In this document: one piece after another, positions 10,369-17,381 of the stretch
Layout of the letters: the number at the start of each line of letters is the position of its first letter
Numbering within the stretch: position 1 is the first letter of the stretch
NCBI GenBank assembly: GCA_963844945.1
Contig: CAWJQZ010000046.1
Coordinates: 152,000-215,999, forward strand
Direction: 5' to 3'
Source of the DNA: an uncultured Chloroflexia bacterium
GTDB lineage: Bacteria; Chloroflexota; Limnocylindria; Limnocylindrales; CSP1-4
DNA length: 64,000 nucleotides
Notes under the pieces: generated by a model
The model's input: the letters and a program-made list of their open reading frames with translations, nothing else
Database searches by the model: none
Told to the model about the DNA's origin: nothing
Program-made: the position numbers and the translations under genes

Positions 10369-11460
10369 ATGACGATCACGGCGGTCGACAGCCCCCTCCT
10401 GCGGATGACGCTGGAGACGCCGACCGGGTACTGGAACGACTCGTGCGCCGTCGACGAGCTCACCTACGCGGTCGAGCGCGGCGCCACCGGCGCGACCTCG
10501 AACCCGAGCATCGTCGCCGACGTCATGAAGAAGGAGAGCGCCCACTGGGCGCCGCGCGTCCGGGAGATCGCGGCCGCGAACCCGACGTGGAGCGAGGTCG
10601 AGCTCACCTGGGCGATCATCGAGGAGATGGCCGTCCGAGGGGCCGCCGTCCTCGAGCCCGTCTTCGTCGCGAACGAGGGCCGGCGCGGCCGGCTCTCCCT
10701 CCAGACGAACCCCGCGAACCACGTGGACCCGGTCCGGATGACGGAGCAGGCGGTCCGCTTCGCCGGGCTCGCGCCGAACATGCAGGTGAAGTTCCCGGCC
10801 ACCGCCGCGGGGATCGTGGCGATGGAGGAGGCCACCGCACGCGGCGTCAGCATCAACGCGACGGTGAGCTTCACCGTCCCGCAGGCGCTCGCCGCCGCCG
10901 AGGCCGTGGAGCGCGGGCTCGCACGCCGCGTCGCCGCCGGCGAGGACATCGCGCACATGTCGCCGATCGTGACGATCATGATCGGGCGGCTCGACGACTG
11001 GATGAAGGTCCTCGTCGAGCGCGACGACCTGGCCGTCCACCCGGACGCCACGAACTGGGCCGGCATCGCCGCGTTCAAGCGCGCGTACGGGATCTTCCAG
11101 GAGCGCGGCTACCGGTCGCGCCTGCTCGCGGCCGCGATCCGGCATCGCCTCCACTGGACGGAGATCGTGGGCGGCGACTGCGCCGTGACGCTCCCCTACC
11201 CCTGGCAGGTCCGCTTCAACAAGAGCGGCGTGGTGCCGGTCCCGCGGATGGACGTCCCCGTGGACCAGGTGCACATCGACGAGCTGTACGAGCGGATCCC
11301 GGACTTCCGCCGCGCGTACGAGCCCGACGGGATGACCCCGGCCGAGTTCGAGAGCTTCGGCGCCTCCGCCCGCACGCTGCGGACGTTCATCAAGTCGTAC
11401 CACGACCTCCAGGCGACCATCCGCGACATCACCCTGCCCGACCCGGACAAGCGGGCCTGA
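10369..11460 (+). CDS. tal: Transaldolase family protein (long form)
   Basis: Intact 363-aa track ORF with AGGAGA RBS. GATGATSNPSIV, RLSLQTNP, VKFPATAAGIVAMEEATARGVSINATVSFT (Schiff-base Lys context). Confidence 0.85.
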   Translation: MTITAVDSPLLRMTLETPTGYWNDSCAVDELTYAVERGATGATSNPSIVADVMKKESAHWAPRVREIAAANPTWSEVELTWAIIEEMAVRGAAVLEPVFVANEGRRGRLSLQTNPANHVDPVRMTEQAVRFAGLAPNMQVKFPATAAGIVAMEEATARGVSINATVSFTVPQALAAAEAVERGLARRVAAGEDIAHMSPIVTIMIGRLDDWMKVLVERDDLAVHPDATNWAGIAAFKRAYGIFQERGYRSRLLAAAIRHRLHWTEIVGGDCAVTLPYPWQVRFNKSGVVPVPRMDVPVDQVHIDELYERIPDFRRAYEPDGMTPAEFESFGASARTLRTFIKSYHDLQATIRDITLPDPDKRA

Positions 11461-11482
11461 CCCGGTCGAGCGCGAGAGGATC

Positions 11483-11514
11483 GACGGCCGCGCCGGGTCA
11501 CCGGCGCGGCCGTC
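11483..11514 (+). terminator. Perfect 14-bp GC stem-loop between tal and the LLM gene (terminator or processing hairpin)
   Basis: GACGGCCGCGCCGG-gtca-CCGGCGCGGCCGTC followed by GCGTTCCC (weak U tract). Confidence 0.4.
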
Positions 11515-11535
11515 GCGTTCCCGGAGGGAGGACCG

Positions 11536-12493
11536 ATGCGAGCGATCCGGTTCGGGGCCCAGCTGTGGTCGCAGTCGGGCGACTGGCCCGGCCTGCTGGA
11601 CGCCGCCATCGCGGCGGAGGCCGCCGGGTGGGACTCGGTCTGGACGTGGGACCACCTCGTGGCCATCGTGGGGCCGTGGGAGCAGCCCGTGCTGGAAGGC
11701 TGGCTCGCGATGGCCGCGATCGCCGCGCGGACCCGACGGATCGGCGTGGGGCTCATGGTCGGGGCGAACACCTTCCGCACCCCCGGGCAGACGGCCAAGC
11801 TCGCGGTGACCCTGGACCACATCAGCGGCGGCCGCGCGACCCTCGGCATCGGCGCCGCCTACGTCGAGCGCGAGCACGCGGCGTACGGGATCGACTTCGG
11901 GAACAGCGTCGGCGAGCGGATCGACCGCATGGACGAGGCGATCGGGATCGTCCGGCGCCTCCTCGACGGCGAGCGGTTCAGCCATGACGGGACCGGTGTA
12001 CCGGTTGGAGGACGCGGCGGTCTTCCCGCTCCCCGTCCAGCGGCGGATGCCGATCCTCGTCGGCGGCCTGGGCCCCCGCAGGACGCTCAGGGTGGTCGCA
12101 CGTCACGCGGACGCGTGGAACGCCTCGGGGACGCTCGAGCTGATGATCGAGCGTGACGCCGCCCTGCGCGAGCACTGCGCGGCGATCGGGAGGGACCCGG
12201 ACGAGATCGAGCGGACGACGAGCTTCCCGATCGTCCTGCGCGACGACCCGGCCGAGGCCGAGCGGGCCTATGCGGCGATCTGCGCGCAGAACGGGGTCGA
12301 TGCGATCGTCGGCGCGCCGCCGGTCATCGGGACGCCGGCGATGGCGGCGGAGCAGCTTCGGCCGTACGTCGACGCCGGCTTCACCACGATCATCGCCAGG
12401 CTCCCGGCGCCGTACGATGCCGAGACGATCGCCCGCATGGGCGAGGTGCGGGAGATGCTGGCCGCGGCCGGCGCCGGCCCGGCGGACCGTTGA
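11536..12493 (+). CDS. LLM-class (luciferase-like, probably F420-dependent) oxidoreductase; 1 apparent frameshift
   Basis: Track ORF 11536..12156 N-part (MRAIRFGAQLWSQSGDWPGLLDAAIAAEAAGWDSVWTWDHL...GGRATLGIGAAYVEREH) joins track ORF 11984..12493 (VYRLEDAAVFPLPVQRRMPILVGGLGPRRTLRVVARHADAWN) near 11993. Confidence 0.8.
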
Positions 12494-12516
12494 CCCGGCG
12501 AGGGCGGGGCCATATC

Positions 12517-12529
12517 ATCGATAATCGAT
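12517..12529. promoter_or_regulatory. Palindrome ATCGATAATCGAT, copy 3 (about 58 nt upstream of the second cupin gene)
   Basis: tcATCGATAATCGATta, in the 93-nt spacer between the LLM gene and the cupin/transketolase operon. Confidence 0.55.
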
Positions 12530-12586
12530 TACTCACCATCCCCGACGGCTGGGGTGCGTGAAGGGACGGCCGAGCGAGGTGACCCG

Positions 12587-12964
12587 ATGATCAAGCGCGT
12601 CTCGCGGGATGAGGCGACGGTGGTCCCGCTGCCCGGGCGGGATTGGCACACGTACATCGGGCCCGAGAACATCCCCACGGAGCGCGTCTCGCTCGGGGTC
12701 TCCGTCTACCCGGCCGGCTCCAGGCCGCCGGGGCACGTCCACGACGTCCAGGAGGAGACGATCTACTGCGCGTCCGGGAAGGGCCGCATCGTCACATCCG
12801 AGGGCGTCGCCGAGATCGAGAAGGGCGTGCTCGTCTGGGTGCCGCCGGGCGTCTTCCACGCCACGGAGAACGACGGGCCGGAGGAGATGGAGCTCGTCTG
12901 CTTCTTCTCGCCGCCGGTCGTCCCGGGCTCGTACGAGAAGAAGAAGGACGGTGATGCGGCGTGA
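12587..12964 (+). CDS. Cupin domain protein (second copy)
   Basis: Track ORF 12554..12964. I prefer the internal ATG 12587 (MIKRVSRDE). Cupin motifs PPGHVHDVQEETIYCASGKG and WVPPGVFHATEN. Stop overlaps the next GTG (GTGA). Confidence 0.8.
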   Translation: MIKRVSRDEATVVPLPGRDWHTYIGPENIPTERVSLGVSVYPAGSRPPGHVHDVQEETIYCASGKGRIVTSEGVAEIEKGVLVWVPPGVFHATENDGPEEMELVCFFSPPVVPGSYEKKKDGDAA

Positions 12965-13866
12965 GCGAGATCGCAACGCCGGCGGCGCTCGATCCGGCTG
13001 AGCTGGCGCGCCTGCAGGAGACCGCGCGCCGGATCCGCGTCGAGATCGTCCGGACGGTCGACCACGCGAAGGCGGGCCACCTCGGCGGGCCGCTCTCTGC
13101 GGCCGACATGCTGTCCGTGCTCTACTTCCACACGCTGCGGATCCGCCCCGAGGAGCCGGGGTGGCCCGACCGCGACCGGATCATCCTCTCGAAGGGCCAC
13201 TCGTCGGTCGCGCTGTACGCGGCGATGGCCCTCCGCGGCTACTTCCCCCTCGAGGAGATGGCCACCTTCGACTCCGTCGGGTCCCGCCTCCAGGGACACC
13301 CGGACATGCTCCGACTCCCCGGCCTGGACATCTCCACCGGCTCGCTCGGCATGGGGATCTCGGCGGGGGTCGGGATGGCGCTCGGCGCCCGGCTCTCCGG
13401 CAAGGACCTCCGCACGTACGTGATCCTCGGCGACGGCGAGTGCCAGGAGGGCGAGGTCTGGGAGGCCGCGATGGTCGGTGCCCGCTTCGGGCTCGACAAC
13501 CTCGTGGCGATCGTCGACCACAACAAGCTCCAGCAGTTCGGCTGGGTCGCCTCCCCCGCCCCCGAGCGGACACCGCACCCGCCCCAGCACAAGGGCGAGC
13601 TCGTCGCGAAGTGGGAGGCGTTCGGCTGGCGCGTCCTCGAGGTGGACGGCCACGACATCCCGGCGCTCGTCGGGACGTTCGAGGCGGCGGCCCGCTCCGA
13701 CGGGCGCCCGGTCGCCGTCATCGCGCACACGGTGAAGGGCAAGGGCGTCTCGTACATGGAGCACCGCTACTACTGGCACACGCGGGCGATCACGCCGGAC
13801 GACTTCGCGCAGGCGATGCGCGACCTCGGCGAGGACGTTCCGGAAGCCGCGGGGGACGCACGATGA
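12961..13866 (+). CDS. Transketolase, N-terminal (TPP-binding) subunit of a split enzyme
   Basis: Intact track ORF. GHLGGPLSAADMLSVLYF, SKGHSSVALYAAMALRGY, GDGECQEGEVWEAAM. Confidence 0.9.
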   Translation: MSEIATPAALDPAELARLQETARRIRVEIVRTVDHAKAGHLGGPLSAADMLSVLYFHTLRIRPEEPGWPDRDRIILSKGHSSVALYAAMALRGYFPLEEMATFDSVGSRLQGHPDMLRLPGLDISTGSLGMGISAGVGMALGARLSGKDLRTYVILGDGECQEGEVWEAAMVGARFGLDNLVAIVDHNKLQQFGWVASPAPERTPHPPQHKGELVAKWEAFGWRVLEVDGHDIPALVGTFEAAARSDGRPVAVIAHTVKGKGVSYMEHRYYWHTRAITPDDFAQAMRDLGEDVPEAAGDAR

Positions 13867-14807
13867 CGCTGCCGAAGGGGAAGGCCCAGCGCGAGGTCTT
13901 CGGCGAGACCCTCACGGAGATGGCGCAGACCGACCCGCGCATCGTGATCCTCGACGCGGACCTCGGGAGCTCCACGCGGGGCGACATCTTCGAGAAGGCA
14001 CACCCGGACCGCTATCTGCAGATGGGGATCGCCGAGCAGAACATGCTCGGCGTCGCGGCCGGCATCGCGACGATGGGCTACGTCCCGTACATCAGCACCT
14101 TCGTGTCCTTCGCGGTGGTCCGCCCGCTCGACCAGGTCCGCGTGCTCGTCGCGCAGACGAAGGCGAACGTCAAGATCACCGGCGGGTACGCGGGGCTGTT
14201 CACGGGCCAGGCCGGCAAGACCCACCAGATCGTCGACGACGTCTCGATCATGCGGGCGATGCCCAACATGATCGTGGTCTCGCCGTGCGATGACATCGAG
14301 GCGCGCGAGGTCCTCCGGTGGTCGGCGACCTACGACGGGCCCGTCTACATCCGGCTCATGCGGGACGCCACCGGGCGCGTCTTCGACGACGGGTACGCCT
14401 TCCGGCTCGGCGCGGCGGTGACCCTCCGCGAAGGTGGCGACGTCGCGCTCGTCAGCACGGGGGCGCAGTCCTCGCGGGTCCTCGAGGCCGCCGACCTGCT
14501 CGCAGCGGACGGGATCGACGCGCACGTCGTCCACGTCCCCACGATCAAGCCGCTCGACACGGCCGCGATCGTCGCGGCGGCCGAGCGGACCGGCCGCGTG
14601 ATCACGATCGAGGAGCACTCGGTGATCGGCGGGCTGGGCGGGGCAGTGGCGGAGACGCTCTCGGAGCTCCGGCCGACCCGCGTCCAGCGCATCGGCCTGT
14701 ACGACATCTTCACGGAGAGCGGGAAGAACGACGACCTGCTGGAGCTGTACGGGCTCTCGTCGACGGGCGTCGCGCGGCAGGTGACGGCGCTCCTCCGCGC
14801 GGGCTGA
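13863..14807 (+). CDS. Transketolase, C-terminal (pyrimidine-binding/transketolase_C) subunit
   Basis: ATG 13863 overlaps the previous stop (ATGA). This is the tail of track ORF 13161..14807: MTLPKGKAQREVFGETLTEMAQTDPRIVILDADLGSSTRG...QMGIAEQNMLGVAAGIATMGYVPYISTF. Confidence 0.9.
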   Translation: MTLPKGKAQREVFGETLTEMAQTDPRIVILDADLGSSTRGDIFEKAHPDRYLQMGIAEQNMLGVAAGIATMGYVPYISTFVSFAVVRPLDQVRVLVAQTKANVKITGGYAGLFTGQAGKTHQIVDDVSIMRAMPNMIVVSPCDDIEAREVLRWSATYDGPVYIRLMRDATGRVFDDGYAFRLGAAVTLREGGDVALVSTGAQSSRVLEAADLLAADGIDAHVVHVPTIKPLDTAAIVAAAERTGRVITIEEHSVIGGLGGAVAETLSELRPTRVQRIGLYDIFTESGKNDDLLELYGLSSTGVARQVTALLRAG

Positions 14808-14879
14808 GGCCGGGCGCTCCGGGGGCCTCGCATCCGGGGCGGGACGGGCGCGATCCGACGGCGGGCACCGGCCCGGCGC

Positions 14880-15587
14880 TCAGGTGCCGGCGCGTCCTCC
14901 GCGCCGCCCGGCCGGGGCGGCGTCCGCTGCCTCGTCCTTCCACGACTGCTCGAGCCGGAGGCTGGCCTCGCGGAAGTGGAAGCAGAGCGCGTCGACGACG
15001 CGCTCCGGGTCGCGCGCCCGGAGGGCCTCGAGGATCGGCGTGTGGAGGCCCGCGGTCCACGCGGCGTCCGCGCCCGGGACGATGAGCGTGATGTACGTCC
15101 GCGAGAACGGCTCGAGGGATCGCCAGACCTCCTCGAGCGTGCTGTTGCCAGCGATCGAGACGAGCCGGCCGTGGAAGCTCGCGTCCGCGATCGCGACCGC
15201 GTGCCGGTCACCCAGGCGTGCCGCCGCCTGCATCTCCTCGCCGAGGGCGACGAGCTCGTCGAGCTCCGCGTCGGTGAGGCGCGGGACGGCGAGGCGGGCA
15301 CCGAGCGACTCGAGCTCCGCCCGTACCACGTACGCCTCGAGGAGCTCGCTGGCGGTCGGGCGACGGACGCGCGCGCCACGGAACGGGGTGATCTCCACGA
15401 CGCCGAGCGCCTCGAGCCCGCGCAGGGCCTCGCGCACGGGCGCCTGGCTGGTCCCGAGGTCGCGTGCGACGCGCGTCTCCACGATGCGGGAGTCCGGCGG
15501 GTAGACGCCGGAGAGGATGTCCTGGAGCAGGCGGTCCTTGACCTGGTCCGCCAGGACGCTCCGCCCGACCGTGCTCTCGTTCTGCAT
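14880..15587 (-). CDS. GntR/FadR-family transcriptional regulator
   Basis: Intact track ORF. SVLADQVKDRLLQDILSGVYPPDSRIVETRVARDLGTSQAPVREALRGLEALGVVEITPFRGARV plus FCD-type C-domain. Convergent with the transketolase operon. Confidence 0.9.
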   Translation of the reverse strand: MQNESTVGRSVLADQVKDRLLQDILSGVYPPDSRIVETRVARDLGTSQAPVREALRGLEALGVVEITPFRGARVRRPTASELLEAYVVRAELESLGARLAVPRLTDAELDELVALGEEMQAAARLGDRHAVAIADASFHGRLVSIAGNSTLEEVWRSLEPFSRTYITLIVPGADAAWTAGLHTPILEALRARDPERVVDALCFHFREASLRLEQSWKDEAADAAPAGRRGGRAGT

Positions 15588-15631
15588 GCCACCCCCGCCG
15601 CCGGCGCACCCCCGCCCGGTCGAGTCGCAGT

Positions 15632-16153
15632 CTACCGCGCGGTGCTCTCGCTACCGGACGCTCCGCCGACACGCACCACGGCGGCCGCCCACGTGTCGTC
15701 TCTCGCGAGCGGCACGGCGTACCGCACCGCCGTCTCGATCTGCCGCATGCATCGGTCCTGCCAGACGCCGCTCCGGATGAACGCCTCGTGCCCGCCCGGA
15801 GCGCGGAGGTCGATGCCGATGAGGGCGCGGCAGTCGGTCGCGCCGTGCTCACGGCGGACCTCCTCCATGAGCTCCGCGGTCAGCTCGCGCGCGGCACGCT
15901 TCGCCTCGCGGTGGTCGTCGATCCGCCGCGGCCGCGAGGAGCCCCAGGGCGAGCGCCGCTCCGGTGATCGCACCGCATGGCCCGCCGCTGTAGGCGACGC
16001 CGCCGTTGAGCGCCATGGCCGGCGCGGAGTCGCCGGGTCGCCCACCCCGTACGCCTCGCAGAGGACCAGGTACGCCGTCTCCGCGCACCCGTGGACGTTC
16101 CCGGGATCCAGGAAGAGGGCCCGTGCCCGCTCGATGGCCGCCGTCTCGTCCAT
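15632..16153 (-). CDS. C_GCAxxG_C_C family putative redox protein; 2 apparent frameshifts
   Basis: Ends are in track ORF 15632..16153 (MDETAAIERARALFLDPGNVHGCAETAYLVLCEAYGVGDP ... REAKRAARELTAELMEEVRREHGATDCRALIG...VWQDRCMRQIE). The middle block PAMALNGGVAYSGGPCGAITGAALALGLLAAA is in the frame of ORF 15849..16214. Confidence 0.7.
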   Translation of the reverse strand: MDETAAIERARALFLDPGNVHGCAETAYLVLCEAYGVGDPATPRRPWRSTAASPTAAGHAVRSPERRSPWGSSRPRRIDDHREAKRAARELTAELMEEVRREHGATDCRALIGIDLRAPGGHEAFIRSGVWQDRCMRQIETAVRYAVPLARDDTWAAAVVRVGGASGSESTAR

Positions 16154-16203
16154 GGGCCGACTGTACGCCCGGCCGGGTGCGGCCCGGGGTGGCCGGCATG
16201 CAG

Positions 16204-16224
16204 TGAGCGCTCATCTGAGCGCTT
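16204..16224. promoter_or_regulatory. Perfect 10-bp palindrome TGAGCGCTCA plus adjacent repeat TGAGCGCTT in a divergent promoter region
   Basis: agTGAGCGCTCAtcTGAGCGCTTgccGCTCAcc lies between the C_GCAxxG/GntR unit (minus) and the SorC/E1/E2 unit (plus). Candidate operator. Confidence 0.4.
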
Positions 16225-16294
16225 GCCGCTCACCTGATACCTTGATAGAGTCGGCGCATCGCGACGCCTGCCCGGCGTCCGCACCGGAGCCCCC

Positions 16295-17284
16295 GTGACC
16301 GATCACGCCGGCGCAGCGACGCGCCCGACCCCCGCCGCCGCCCCCGCGAGCCTCGCCCTGTCCGTGATGGCGGCGCGCCGGTACTTCCTCGACGGTGCGA
16401 CGAAGAGCGAGATCGCGGCCGAGCTCGGCGTCTCCCGGTTCCGCGTGGCGCGGCTGCTCGACAGCGCGCGTCGCAGGGGGATCGTCCGGATCGAGATCGC
16501 CCCCGTCCCCGGGGTGGACCTCGGGATCTCGCGCGAGCTCGCGCTCGCGTTCGGCATCCGGAGCGCCGTCGTCGTGGAGACCGTGGACGGCCCCCCGGAG
16601 TTCACGCGGGCGCAGCTCGGCGCCGCCGCCGCCGGGCTCGTCGCGGAGACGGTCGAGGCGAGCGACGTCCTCGGCATCTCGTGGGGACGCGCGCTGCAGG
16701 CGATGGTCGAGCAGCTGCCGTCGCTCCCCGCGTGCACGGTGGTGCAGCTCGTGGGGAGCGTCCCGTCGATGGACCTCGACCTCAACGCCCTCGAGCTCGT
16801 CCGGCGGATGACCGGGCGCGGCGCCGGGGCGGTCCGCCCGCTGCACGTCCCGCTCCTGGTGGACACGCCGGAGTTCGCCGCGAGCCTGCGGGCCGACCCG
16901 CACGCGGCGCAGACGTTCGCGGCGTTCCCGCAGCTGACCCGGGCGATCGTGGGGATCGGCGCGTGGGTGCCCGGCGGGTCGAGCCTGCGATCCACCGTCT
17001 CGGAGGCGGACGCGGAGGCGATCGACCGCGCCGGCGCCGTCGCGGACGTCTGCTCGATCCTCCTCGACGCGGACGGCCGCGAGGTGCGCGCGGCAGGGCT
17101 CCCCGAGCGGTGCCTCGCGATCCGCACGGCGGAGCTCCGCGCGGTCCCCGACGTCCTCGCGATCTCGGACGGCACCGCGAAGGTGCCGGCCATCCGCGCG
17201 GCCCTGCGGAGCGGCCTCATCCACCGCCTCGTCACGACCCGCGAGACGGCACGCCTCCTCCTCGGCGAGGGCGGTGCCGCATGA
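16295..17284 (+). CDS. SorC/DeoR-type sugar-binding transcriptional regulator
   Basis: Intact track ORF. HTH MAARRYFLDGATKSEIAAELGVSRFRVARLLDSARRRGIVRIEI, then a sugar-phosphate-binding domain (ISWGRALQAMV...VVQLVGS...). The true start may be internal (about 16367). Confidence 0.85.
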   Translation: MTDHAGAATRPTPAAAPASLALSVMAARRYFLDGATKSEIAAELGVSRFRVARLLDSARRRGIVRIEIAPVPGVDLGISRELALAFGIRSAVVVETVDGPPEFTRAQLGAAAAGLVAETVEASDVLGISWGRALQAMVEQLPSLPACTVVQLVGSVPSMDLDLNALELVRRMTGRGAGAVRPLHVPLLVDTPEFAASLRADPHAAQTFAAFPQLTRAIVGIGAWVPGGSSLRSTVSEADAEAIDRAGAVADVCSILLDADGREVRAAGLPERCLAIRTAELRAVPDVLAISDGTAKVPAIRAALRSGLIHRLVTTRETARLLLGEGGAA

Positions 17285-17381
17285 CGAACGACGCGCGCGC
17301 CGGCGTCCGCCGGACGCGCCCCGCACCCACCCGGCCACGACCCCCGGCGCACGAGCGCCGCCGACCCACGGAGGGACCGCA

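Noticed and set aside
9690-10463. 257-aa minus-strand ORF overlapping the first cupin gene and the transaldolase start
   Set aside because: It is antisense to two well-supported genes, its composition is dominated by G/R/D/V/A from GC-rich codons, and it has no recognisable motif or RBS.
14808-14879. Terminator between the convergent transketolase C-subunit and GntR genes
   Set aside because: Only a direct repeat (GGCCSGGCGCTC at both ends) and no convincing stem-loop was found. The same negative result holds for 40228-40359 and 53154-53207.
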